Source: a virus
Taxonomy: Duplodnaviria; Caudoviricetes
Length of the DNA stretch: 64,000 nt
Virus record (IMG/VR): IMGVR_UViG_3300029959_000009
Coordinates: 6,699-70,698 of that record
Direction: 5' to 3' (one strand)
This document shows positions 37,815 through 46,907 of the stretch, one piece after another. A model generated the notes under the pieces. That model made no database searches. It was given only the letters and a program-made list of their open reading frames with translations, and was not told the DNA's origin. How positions within the stretch are numbered: position 1 is the first letter of the stretch; each line of letters begins with the position of its first letter. A program made the translations under genes and the position numbers.

Positions 37815-39001
37815 TGACTATCAGCTACAAGTATCCGATATTCCCAGATAAAGCGACTCAGCAAAAGTTAGCTGAAGCTCTGGATGCTTGTAGATGGCTT
37901 CATAACCGACTTCTTCAAGAGCTGAACGAAGCTAGGGAGAAAGGTATCAAACTCAAAACCTATGACACCCAGAACATGATACCCTCTCTGAAGCTTGAGA
38001 ATCCCAAACTGAATCTGGTCTATTCCAAAGTTCTTCAGATGGTCAACTACACTCTCTGGTCTAACATCAAAGGTCTCTCGGCTTCTAAGAAGAATGGCCG
38101 AAAGGTAGGTCATGTCAGATTCAAAGGTTATGGCTGGTATAAGACCATGAACTACAACCAGTCTGGATTCAAACTGGATCAAGATCACGGCAGATTGCAT
38201 CTATCCAAGATAGGCGACATCAGGATCAAAATGCATCGCAAGATCCAAGGATGCATCAAAGCAATCCTAATCAAGAGAGAAGGCAGGCAATGGTTTGCTA
38301 TTGTTCAAGCCGATCAAGATCCAGAGCCATTGCCAGAAACTGGTAATTCAATCGGGTTAGATGTCGGCCTGAAGTCCTTTGTTGTAGATACTGGTGGCAA
38401 TTCTGTAGAGAATCCGAGATTTGCTGAGAAATCTGCTGATAAGTTAGCTAAGGCTCAGAAACGATTGGCCAGAGCCGAACAGGGATCTAACAACCGCCGA
38501 AAGATCAAAGAGCAGATAGAGACGATCCATAAGAGGATCAACAACCAGAGAGATGATTTCCTCCATAAACTTTCAAGGCTCTATGTCAATAACTACGATA
38601 ATATCTGCATAGAAGATCTAGATGTCAAAGGTCTGAAAGAAAAAGGCCACAACAAAGGAAAGCATCGTAGTATCCATGATGCGTCCTGGGCCAAATTTGC
38701 GTTCATGCTTTCGTACAAGGCTGAAAGTGCTGGTCGAAGGCTGATCAAGGTCGATCCAAGGAACACAACTCAGAGGTGTTCCAATTGTGGAAGTATTGTT
38801 CCAAAAGATGAATCTGTCAGAGTTCATGAGTGTCCTTACTGTGGGTTCTCATGTGACCGTGACTATAACGCTTCCATAAATATACTCATCGCAGGGATGG
38901 AACAGCCCGTAGCGCCCATAGAGTCAAAACCTCTACATCGCATATCTGTGATGCAAGTTTTGGCGATGAAGTGGGAAGCCCTACCCTTTAGGGTAGGGTA
39001 G
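37814..39001 (+). CDS. tnpB: RNA-guided endonuclease TnpB
   Basis: Translation identical to 27694-28881. Confidence 0.95.
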   Translation: MTISYKYPIFPDKATQQKLAEALDACRWLHNRLLQELNEAREKGIKLKTYDTQNMIPSLKLENPKLNLVYSKVLQMVNYTLWSNIKGLSASKKNGRKVGHVRFKGYGWYKTMNYNQSGFKLDQDHGRLHLSKIGDIRIKMHRKIQGCIKAILIKREGRQWFAIVQADQDPEPLPETGNSIGLDVGLKSFVVDTGGNSVENPRFAEKSADKLAKAQKRLARAEQGSNNRRKIKEQIETIHKRINNQRDDFLHKLSRLYVNNYDNICIEDLDVKGLKEKGHNKGKHRSIHDASWAKFAFMLSYKAESAGRRLIKVDPRNTTQRCSNCGSIVPKDESVRVHECPYCGFSCDRDYNASINILIAGMEQPVAPIESKPLHRISVMQVLAMKWEALPFRVG

Positions 39002-39060
39002 TTCACCCTCGAAGGTTTTCATCAACGGTTCGGGCTTAAACTCCATCAGTTCTCACCGAT

Positions 39061-39135
39061 TAGCATACGTGCATAATAGTATAAGTATCTATTGGTGCAT
39101 AGATGCTAATACATAACAAACTATATAAACTCATG
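39061..39135. promoter_or_regulatory. Divergent promoter of the RAMP cassette and the RHH gene
   Basis: TATATAAA at 39122-39129 (TTTATATA on minus); TAGCAT/ATGCTA inverted pair at 39061 and 39103; GTGCATA twice. Confidence 0.5.
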
Positions 39136-39151
39136 TGCCGTAATGCTTATT

Positions 39152-39310
39152 ATGGCGCGAACGACCTTAACTTTATCCGATCCGATCATGCGCACTCTAA
39201 GAACCCACGCAGCCCGGACGAAGAACAGCTCCAAAGCCCAAAGCGAAGTTGTTGAGGAGGCTCTAAAGGAGTATTTCGAGAGATACCACATTCAGATAGA
39301 AGCTTCGTAA
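39152..39310 (+). CDS. Ribbon-helix-helix (CopG-like) regulator (52 aa)
   Basis: MARTTLTLSDPIMRTLR...QSEVVEEALKEYF. Confidence 0.75.
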   Translation: MARTTLTLSDPIMRTLRTHAARTKNSSKAQSEVVEEALKEYFERYHIQIEAS

Positions 39311-39328
39311 CCAGAGTTGTGTAACCTC

Positions 39329-41764
39329 TCAAGCGATATAGGCTCTGTTGGCCCTACCCACGGCGGCCTCGACCTTGCTCTTGAACTCAAAGCTACTCAG
39401 CTCCTTCTCAAGACCCTCCCGGATCTGTCTGGCTATGCTGTAGCCGTCTGCCCCTCCGGTCGGTGCTACGTGAATATCGCCGATCTGGACAGTAATATTG
39501 CCTCCGCCAGACCCGCCCGCTGCTATGTCTTTGAGGCTGTTTATCAGAACAGAGGACCTCGCCACTTCAGCCGGAACGATGGGCTCGCCCTCGTCAACCC
39601 AGGCGAGGCCGGAGCGCTGGACCTCTCCACCGACTGCATTTTTATTCCTGAAAATGTAGTCGTAGGCCATCCGGCCGTACAGCTGCAGGCCGCCCTCCAC
39701 ATCAGCCGACCCCTTGATTTGGTCGGATGGCTTGGTGCGGATATCCAGGCCGCCCGGCCCCTTGATATCGTTGGTGTATGCAGGATTGTAGAATGGGTTT
39801 CCAGAGGCCGCGCCCAACGGCGAAACGTCTTTATCTCCGGCGTTGGGGTTTGCCAGCTTGTTTCGCAGGGCATCAACCATGTCGTTATACTTCTTTTCGT
39901 TAGCTCCTTCTGGCCTCATGGGCTTGCCCGTTTGGGCTTCCTCGATGGCTGCTAAAATGGTGGCGTTGCCGAAGTCGTACTTATCTCGGCCTTTGCTATC
40001 GTCGAGGCTCTTGACCCAATCGACCAGCTTCCATTTTGCGTCCTCTGTGAGCGGCTTCTGCCCGCCGCCAGTGAACTTATCGACGATCTGCTTGAGGTAC
40101 TCGTATATTTTCACCAGCGGGGCGAGCTTATCGACGATTGCCCCATGGATATCTCTGAGCCAGTTAGTGAACCCGTCCCAGAGGTCTTTCATCTTCTGCA
40201 GCACGTACAGAATCATATCCTGTACGCGCTTGGAGGGTAAAAGAGCCTCGGCGAAGCCTGCCACAAGGCCCATGGGAGAGAGCTTGATAGCCAGCCCGAT
40301 GCCGCCTTTCAGAGCGCCCCCGATGTCGCCGGACTTCCACAGCTTGTAGAGGGCGTCTACCTGGTCGAACAGGCCCGCCACGTAACCGGATACTGTTTCG
40401 ATGGCCTTGCCAACGCCGCTGAAGTAATCCCCCTCTCCGAGAATCCCGAATGAGGCGAGCAGGCTGTTAAGCCCGTTGATCAGGTCTTTGCCGATCTCGC
40501 TTTTGGCGAAGTGGTCCCACGCCTTGCTGAAGACCTGGAACCTGGACTCCAGCGAGGAGAGGACGACTGCCAGGGCGACAATAGCGACGATTGCGAGCCC
40601 GATGGGGTTCGCCAGCAAAGATGCTGTGAGGGCCGTGATGCCGCCCGTGACCAGGCCGAGGATCGTCGGGAGGACTGCAAAGGCTGTGCCCAGGCCCAGG
40701 ACCACGGCAATCAGGGCCGGAACCTCAGGAACCAGTGCAAGGAGCTTTACAACCGCCGTCGTAAATCCCATTATGATGGTCGCCGCTGGCCTGATGGCGT
40801 TGCCTATCCCCTCGTTCAGCTTCTCGAACGACCTGGTAAGATCCCTCATGCCGACGCGGTAGCTGTCGGTGTCGGGCTCAACCTGCTCCCCGATCCTCTC
40901 CAGTGCTTTTGAGGCCAGACGGCGGCGGGCCTCGGCCTCGACTACCTCATCGGATTGATAGGCAAAACTCTTCTCGCGCTGGACCTTCAGCTTCTCGGTC
41001 TGCAGCGTCCCGGCCTTGAAGAACTCGGGCATCTTGCTCTTCACGATGCGCCCGATATCCGAGTTCTCGTCCAGGGGGTTCGAGAGTGTCTGCAGGAGGC
41101 CTTTCTCGTCGGTTATCCCGAAGCCTGCCAGCGATTGCCCGAACGTCGAGGACATGATGCGCTCGGCGTTCTTGATATTCTTCTGGATCACGGACTGATC
41201 GCGGTAGCCCGTCATTGCCATATATCCGGCGAGGTTGCCCCTGGTGAGCGAAGACGTGCCGAAGCCCTGATCGCCCTTCGAGATGAAGTTCAGGACACCC
41301 CCTGCCTGGCTTCCGAGCTGGTCCCTGATCATGGCGATGTTCAGCCGTTGGGCCTCTGCGACCTGAAGGGCAGACTTGGCGTAAGCGACCATCCCGGCCG
41401 CAGCTCCCGCTACGATGAGCTTGCCGGCGTCGAGCTTCTGGAAGAACGAGCCGACTGTATCCCCTGCCTTCTTCGACTGATCGGCCATAGCCCGGAGCTT
41501 ATCGTTCATCCCTCCGAGGGCCTTATCCTGCTCCTTGATGCCTTTGGTAGCCTTGGACGTGTCGATCTCACCAGCGGCTTTCGTGGCCTTCTCGACGCTC
41601 TTTATGGCCTTTTCAGCCTCTTTGGTGGCGACGGCTACGGTCATCGTGTAGCTCTTCGCCGTGAGTGCCGTGGCCTTCGCCAAGAGTCTGTCGAGGCCCT
41701 TTTCGCCGCCCTCGTCTCTAAGCAGGGTTCGGATGATGAAGTCTCTGATATTCTCTGTCGCCAC
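39329..41764 (-). CDS. Tail tape measure protein
   Basis: 811 aa, Ala/Gly/Lys-rich helical, NPIGLAIVAI hydrophobic segment, downstream of the chaperone. Confidence 0.9.
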   Translation of the reverse strand: MATENIRDFIIRTLLRDEGGEKGLDRLLAKATALTAKSYTMTVAVATKEAEKAIKSVEKATKAAGEIDTSKATKGIKEQDKALGGMNDKLRAMADQSKKAGDTVGSFFQKLDAGKLIVAGAAAGMVAYAKSALQVAEAQRLNIAMIRDQLGSQAGGVLNFISKGDQGFGTSSLTRGNLAGYMAMTGYRDQSVIQKNIKNAERIMSSTFGQSLAGFGITDEKGLLQTLSNPLDENSDIGRIVKSKMPEFFKAGTLQTEKLKVQREKSFAYQSDEVVEAEARRRLASKALERIGEQVEPDTDSYRVGMRDLTRSFEKLNEGIGNAIRPAATIIMGFTTAVVKLLALVPEVPALIAVVLGLGTAFAVLPTILGLVTGGITALTASLLANPIGLAIVAIVALAVVLSSLESRFQVFSKAWDHFAKSEIGKDLINGLNSLLASFGILGEGDYFSGVGKAIETVSGYVAGLFDQVDALYKLWKSGDIGGALKGGIGLAIKLSPMGLVAGFAEALLPSKRVQDMILYVLQKMKDLWDGFTNWLRDIHGAIVDKLAPLVKIYEYLKQIVDKFTGGGQKPLTEDAKWKLVDWVKSLDDSKGRDKYDFGNATILAAIEEAQTGKPMRPEGANEKKYNDMVDALRNKLANPNAGDKDVSPLGAASGNPFYNPAYTNDIKGPGGLDIRTKPSDQIKGSADVEGGLQLYGRMAYDYIFRNKNAVGGEVQRSGLAWVDEGEPIVPAEVARSSVLINSLKDIAAGGSGGGNITVQIGDIHVAPTGGADGYSIARQIREGLEKELSSFEFKSKVEAAVGRANRAYIA

Positions 41765-41768
41765 GGGA

Positions 41769-42092
41769 TTACCTCTTCGGCCTGTGCTTTGCGTTCCTCT
41801 CTTCCCAGGTTCTTTGTACCCGGTGGGCTGCCGCTATCTCGGCGTTAAGCCCGTCCTGCTTCATCCTTTCGAGCTTGGGCAGCATCTTCGCTGCGATCTG
41901 CTCCGGCGTGCCTCCGATGCCGGGGCCGCCTCTTCTGGCCCGCTTACCCCTCTTCATGTCTATCTTGAACTGTATAAAGCGGTTCAAGAACTGGATTTGG
42001 GGCCTGGTGAGCTTCCTTATGTCGCCGTTGGCGAACTTGTAGCCTTCCAGAAGCTCAAGTACAATCAGTTGGCCGGAGTCTGACCAAAAAAA
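41769..42092 (-). CDS. -1 frameshift extension of the tail assembly chaperone (GT-like)
   Basis: The -1 frame is open from the slippery site A AAT TTT TTT (42095-42086) to the stop at 41769. Confidence 0.75.
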   Translation of the reverse strand, partial: FFWSDSGQLIVLELLEGYKFANGDIRKLTRPQIQFLNRFIQFKIDMKRGKRARRGGPGIGGTPEQIAAKMLPKLERMKQDGLNAEIAAAHRVQRTWEERNAKHRPKR

Positions 42093-42571
42093 TTTGCTAC
42101 CACTGCGGGGGGCACATTGCTTATCGTCTGAATCCTTTTGCTGATCCTCTCGGTGAGGCCGTAGCGGAACTTCGGAACCATGACCCTCAGCCCGTCGTCT
42201 ACAATGCCCCGCTTACAATACTCCTGGCTCTGAAGGAAATCCATGTAGTTCATGTCGCCGATGTCGATTGCGCCACCGGACAGGATTGCGTCGACTGCCC
42301 CCTCGGTAAGCTTCGCCTCTTCTTCTGGGGTGGGCTTATCGCCCTTGCTCATACGAGACATGAGGGCCTTATCCTGTTTCAGCTTCTCGGCGACCTGTTT
42401 CATCATCTCGGAACTGAGCTTCATGCTGCGGTTGACGTCTGTAATCTCTGCCTCTGTTAAGGGGCGGATCTGGACGGCGAACAGCTCGCCGAGGTATTCG
42501 ATTTCTACGGTCTCTGTATAGGTATCTCCCGCCAGTAGGAGGGCCTTTAAATCGTCTGCGCTTCTTGCCAT
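42065..42571 (-). CDS. Tail assembly chaperone (G-like)
   Basis: Position between tube and TMP; VQIRPLTEAE motif; ends near the slippery site. Confidence 0.75.
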   Translation of the reverse strand: MARSADDLKALLLAGDTYTETVEIEYLGELFAVQIRPLTEAEITDVNRSMKLSSEMMKQVAEKLKQDKALMSRMSKGDKPTPEEEAKLTEGAVDAILSGGAIDIGDMNYMDFLQSQEYCKRGIVDDGLRVMVPKFRYGLTERISKRIQTISNVPPAVVANFFGQTPAN

Positions 42572-42633
42572 AATTAACCCTATTATTTAATATCTAAGTT
42601 ATCATCAAAAAGTAAAATGGCTGGCAGAATTAT

Positions 42634-43182
42634 CTATATTCTGCCGCTCCATTGATACTCTATGGCCAATCCGTCGAACTTGCTCTTGCTGACGCCGCCC
42701 TGCCCGAACGTCCACGAATCCGACTTGGCTTTGCACTTCTCCAAGCTGAGGAGAGGGCGTCTGCCCGCGTAGCCCTTCGCCGGATCGCCTAAATACGTGA
42801 CATACACCGCATGGTATACGGCCTCTCCGTGGGGTCCTGCAAACAACGCCTCTCTCAAGGCATCCACTTCGTCTTTTGTGAGCCACGACCCAAATTCTAC
42901 TCCGTAATTTGAATCTATGTCGCCGCCCGCCAATGCGTATGCTCTGGCGCGAGAAGCTCCATGGACTGGCTGGATGTTCTCGGTCGTGTTGATGGACAGA
43001 GAGTCCATTGGGACCATTCTCCCAGCCACCTTGAGCAAGATGTCTCGGTTCGTCACGGCCATTACCTTAATGCCCGAACCGTGCTCCATCTCCACCGGGA
43101 CGGTCGTATATCCGTCCCAAGAATCCCCTGGGTCTAAATTTTGAGTAGGCCCGGTTATGAGAGTATCTTCAATATATCCCAT
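42634..43182 (-). CDS. Tail tube protein
   Basis: Beta-rich 182 aa directly after the sheath gene. Confidence 0.7.
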   Translation of the reverse strand: MGYIEDTLITGPTQNLDPGDSWDGYTTVPVEMEHGSGIKVMAVTNRDILLKVAGRMVPMDSLSINTTENIQPVHGASRARAYALAGGDIDSNYGVEFGSWLTKDEVDALREALFAGPHGEAVYHAVYVTYLGDPAKGYAGRRPLLSLEKCKAKSDSWTFGQGGVSKSKFDGLAIEYQWSGRI

Positions 43183-43186
43183 TTAT

Positions 43187-44869
43187 TTAGGCCCCCTGAA
43201 GCTCTGCCAGATCCGTGTAGACGCCCATCTTCATTGCTACCTCGATCCATTCGATGTGCCCCATCGGTATGAACTTCAGCAGGAAGTGTACCAGGTTGGG
43301 GTTAGTGCCGTCCGGCGTTACAACAGTCACGAAGTCATAGATCGCCTTGACCTCATCCCGCAGCTCCCGCAGGAAAGCATCAACAGAGAGCTTCATAGCC
43401 TCCCTGGTGTCTGCGTCATTCTTGCGGTTGAGGAACGGGGTCATGGTGTCCTTGCACTTGACTATGATGTAGTTGGCCGTCCTCTGGTCCACGGTTCGGG
43501 AGAACTGGTCGAGCTTGTCGGTCGTTATGCCCTTAACAGGCCCTACGCCTGCCTTGGTCTTGACCACGACGTAAATACCGCGAGTGGTCAGAGCCCGGAC
43601 ATAATCGTCGTTGATGGTGTCCTCTAAATCGCCGTGCAGGCCGTTAGCTCCCTTGAGCCGGTTCTCATCAGCAGCTACAGACTCGCCCAGAGGAGCCCAG
43701 GCCTCACGGGCGGCGTGCAGCACCGCGAGGTTCTTCCTGCGCTCGGACTCGTCCCACGCCGGGTAGACTATCGCAAGGTGTCGGTTGCTGCGCTTCATCC
43801 CCTCGATCACCATCTGCCCCGGAGTCTCGGAGGGTTTGGTCGGGACGAATACCAGCGTCGGCCTGAACTTGGTGTTCTCTGCTGTGGCCCACTGCGAAGC
43901 GATAACGTGCAGGTCGTAGGTGTTCGGCTGCACCTCGTAGGCCGTCAGGGCAACGCAGGTCGGCACAACGTCGAGCTTCTTGAGCTCGTTCGAGCACTCG
44001 TTGAGGGCCTTCGTCCAGTCGGAGGTAGCAATCGTCGAGCCGTCAGTGCCGCCAGTGAGGGGCGTTCGGACTGCTGCAGGCAGATGGGTCATGCCGGCCG
44101 CTATCTCGAAGGTCGCCAGAGATGAGGAGGCGAAGGCGTCCACGAGGTCGTCGAGATCCTTGATATCCTCCCGGTACTCGGTCGTCACGTTGTCGGTAAT
44201 GACCACATCGATGCCGTAGTACCACAGAGAGTAGACTACCTGATCGGCCGCAGTCGGGTCCTCGGCTGCATAGAACTTCAGAGCGCCGGTTACCGGGTTG
44301 AGCCAGACCTTGCCGGCTGCCAGGTTCTCCTCCAGATAGACGAGCGTCTTGGCGACTCCGTTTACCGTGACATAGGCCGCGGAAGGCTGCGGGTTGATGA
44401 AGTTGGCCTGACTGAGTGCGTATGCCCCACCGAGGCCGTTTCCTGCGAAGTAGTCTTGCTCTGCGTGAGCAATCACGCCCGCTGAGGGGGTGACAGATAC
44501 GCCGTTGCCCCATGCGCCAGGCGACTTCGCGGTTACAGTCCCTACGACATTCGGGGCGCTCTGGTTGTCCGACAGGTCGGCGTCTGCAGAAGCGTAGCCC
44601 GCGCCCAGAATCCTCTTAGCAAAGATCCTCGGAGCGCCTTCACCGAAAGCGTCCTGGATGGCCTCCATCAGGTCGCCGCTGCCGTAATAGGCTGCAGCCG
44701 CCAGGGCCGATGTCATGCCTACGAGGTCAGTCGGGCCTCTGGCCGACTCTCCCAGCAGGAGCAGGGTGTGGGCGGTCGTGGCGCTCGTGATAGGCCCCAC
44801 GGCCTCCAGGGTGATACCGATCCCTGGCAAAATGTTCTTAATTGAGTAATCGCCGTAAGTATAAACCAA
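43187..44869 (-). CDS. Tail sheath protein
   Basis: GESARGP, AFGEGAPRIFAKR, TAKSPGAWGNG, LTGGTDG and C-terminal sheath motifs. Confidence 0.9.
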   Translation of the reverse strand: MVYTYGDYSIKNILPGIGITLEAVGPITSATTAHTLLLLGESARGPTDLVGMTSALAAAAYYGSGDLMEAIQDAFGEGAPRIFAKRILGAGYASADADLSDNQSAPNVVGTVTAKSPGAWGNGVSVTPSAGVIAHAEQDYFAGNGLGGAYALSQANFINPQPSAAYVTVNGVAKTLVYLEENLAAGKVWLNPVTGALKFYAAEDPTAADQVVYSLWYYGIDVVITDNVTTEYREDIKDLDDLVDAFASSSLATFEIAAGMTHLPAAVRTPLTGGTDGSTIATSDWTKALNECSNELKKLDVVPTCVALTAYEVQPNTYDLHVIASQWATAENTKFRPTLVFVPTKPSETPGQMVIEGMKRSNRHLAIVYPAWDESERRKNLAVLHAAREAWAPLGESVAADENRLKGANGLHGDLEDTINDDYVRALTTRGIYVVVKTKAGVGPVKGITTDKLDQFSRTVDQRTANYIIVKCKDTMTPFLNRKNDADTREAMKLSVDAFLRELRDEVKAIYDFVTVVTPDGTNPNLVHFLLKFIPMGHIEWIEVAMKMGVYTDLAELQGA

Positions 44870-45084
44870 AGTTTCTCACCTTCTTCTTAGCATTTTGCTG
44901 CTTATCCAGACCTATCAGGGATGTCGATCTTCACTTTGCGGTTCAGGTCTCGCGGGTTCTTTGCGACCTCTTTATCCCAATCCTCGCGGCTCATCCAGCC
45001 GGGATTAACGGCGGGATTGGCGTCCTTCAAGCGCACATATTGCACAGTCATAGAAAACCTCCTAAAAAAAGAATAGAAAGATGG

Positions 45085-45744
45085 CTACTCTGTCAGTTCC
45101 AGGATAATCGAAGCCTCGAAGCTTGATTGAGGCATATCGGCGAGGCGCATGTCGGCTTTGAGGAGCAGCGGCGCTCTTAGCGTCAGGTGCTCCATCTCCG
45201 CCAGCGGCCAGCCCATCCACGGCTCAAGTTCGATAGCCTTAATGGGTTCGCCGGTCTCGACCTCTGTGAACTTGTAGAGTATCGGTACTTCTAAAAGAGT
45301 TCTATAGACTCTCTTTTTGAGCCTTTGATCTAAATAGCTGCCCAGAGGCCGGGCCGATGCCTTCTCCGGGCCTGTCGTGACTCCCTCGTAGTCCAGCGAG
45401 AGCCCCAGGCGCTCCCTTTCAATCTGGCGGGCCAGCTCGAACTCGTAAGCCTGGACGGTCGCTTTGTTGGTGCTGCAGACGTAGATGTTGAGGGTTCCAT
45501 GGTTGATCTGGCCCCGTTCGTCGTCGATCTTCGACGTTCCCGAGTTCCAGGTCTCCCGGATCTGTGTCCTGATGTTGTAGAGGTATCTGGGGCCAGGGAT
45601 GACAGAGAACGATATCCAGCTCGTTGTAGCCGGGTCGTGATGCCACCCCCCGCCGTCGTCCTCGAATACCAGGATGGGGGTGCTGTTTATCGTGGTCGGC
45701 AGGGCAGCGAGAACCGCGAGCCTCTGCGTGGGTGAGAGGCTCAC
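45085..45744 (-). CDS. Probable tail terminator/completion protein
   Basis: Position upstream of the sheath; alpha/beta pattern. Confidence 0.5.
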   Translation of the reverse strand: MSLSPTQRLAVLAALPTTINSTPILVFEDDGGGWHHDPATTSWISFSVIPGPRYLYNIRTQIRETWNSGTSKIDDERGQINHGTLNIYVCSTNKATVQAYEFELARQIERERLGLSLDYEGVTTGPEKASARPLGSYLDQRLKKRVYRTLLEVPILYKFTEVETGEPIKAIELEPWMGWPLAEMEHLTLRAPLLLKADMRLADMPQSSFEASIILELTE

Positions 45745-46907
45745 GGCGTCACCTCCTCGTCCTTCCGGCTGTCGAACTCCACATAGGAACGCGGGTCTGC
45801 CCTAATCCTGAACTTCTGGATGTGGTACTTCTCCAGGTCCGTCAGGATCTCCGAAGCGCTGTCGGGCAGCAGAAGCATATAGGCCGCGAAGGTCTTGGTC
45901 GCAGGCCCTAAGACGAGGATGTCTGCATCCAGGGGCGTCCAGGGAACGGCCGTCAGCCTCGTTGAGGCGGCCAGCTCGAACTCGTGGGTGGCCGCAAGCA
46001 GCTCGTCGGCCGTAAACTCTTCTGTCACCTCGTCCCTCAGGGCGATCCTGGCCAGAGGGGTCTTCTGGACTTCCCCCCTGAGAGCGATATCGGCGTCGAG
46101 ATCTGCCGGGACGTCGGCTCGTAGGGCTATGTCGGCGTCGAGATCGGAGGGGTGGTCTGCGCTGAGCCATTCGTCGGCCCGAAGCGTTACCCGCTCCTCA
46201 TCCTCTATCAGGAGTTCAGCATCGACGCTCTGGTGGGCGGTGTGGTACGGCAAATCCATCGTAATGCCGAAGACGACACCGTTGTTGCAGTAGCTCACCG
46301 AGACCGTGTACGGCCCGACCGTGCCTGTTTTGCTGAACCCCTCGTAGAACGGGGCCCAATAAGCATCTGTGGCCCAATATTTCGTACCCCACACGGCGAA
46401 GGTCTCGAAAAGCACCAGCAGCCCGCCGATGATTACATCCCGGTTATACCCAGGAATGCTCCCCCGCAGCAGGGCGTCGTTGTTGAGCAGGACCCCGTTA
46501 ACCCTGTTGTAGAGGGCGTTGAGGACCGTTAAGATGTTCGAGCCACGCGGATAGCTGGCAATCAGGCTGCTATATGCTGCCCCCCCGGCGTATTTGGTGT
46601 AGTTCCAATAGGGGTTATCGGTGCGGGTGGCCACCGACTTATTGAAATATAGGCTGGACTGGTTCCGCGCGTGGGCGAAATTGAAATACCGTTCAATGTA
46701 CGTCCACGGTGCCGCCCTGGTGTAGTATTTCGATGCAGGAAACGACAGCTGGCCGGATGAGTAGACGGCCCCCATCGGAGCCAGCCAGAACATCAGCTCG
46801 CTATAAACCGCTCCGCCCGCCGCTAGGACAGCCTCAAGCCGGTCTCGCCACAGAGCGAGAGCGACCTTCTCGTCGGCTGTGAGGTATCGCAGGTTATCGC
46901 CAGGCAT
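45741..46907 (-). CDS. Virion protein with C-terminal 14-aa repeats
   Basis: Nine LDADIAL-type 14-residue repeats at 46226-45849. Confidence 0.6.
   Translation of the reverse strand: MPGDNLRYLTADEKVALALWRDRLEAVLAAGGAVYSELMFWLAPMGAVYSSGQLSFPASKYYTRAAPWTYIERYFNFAHARNQSSLYFNKSVATRTDNPYWNYTKYAGGAAYSSLIASYPRGSNILTVLNALYNRVNGVLLNNDALLRGSIPGYNRDVIIGGLLVLFETFAVWGTKYWATDAYWAPFYEGFSKTGTVGPYTVSVSYCNNGVVFGITMDLPYHTAHQSVDAELLIEDEERVTLRADEWLSADHPSDLDADIALRADVPADLDADIALRGEVQKTPLARIALRDEVTEEFTADELLAATHEFELAASTRLTAVPWTPLDADILVLGPATKTFAAYMLLLPDSASEILTDLEKYHIQKFRIRADPRSYVEFDSRKDEEVTP

Larger units (their letters stand above)
37268..39006 (+). mobile_element. IS200/IS605 element, copy 2 (1739 bp)
   Basis: Same ends, length and protein translations as copy 1 (offset 10120); inserted after TTAA. 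Confidence 0.95.
36717..39046 (-). pseudogene. Cas7/RAMP-superfamily-like protein gene split by IS605 copy 2
   Basis: 39046-39007 joined to 37267-36717 gives 196 aa: MEFKPEPLMKTFE-V-KIEGIKPLLMH...VVMPGMNLLASMRRAA...RPRFDAW.CEF...AGTRIGLGDFRPERGGPYGRF (RRM beta1, IPG-like motif, C-terminal G-rich loop). Confidence 0.75.
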
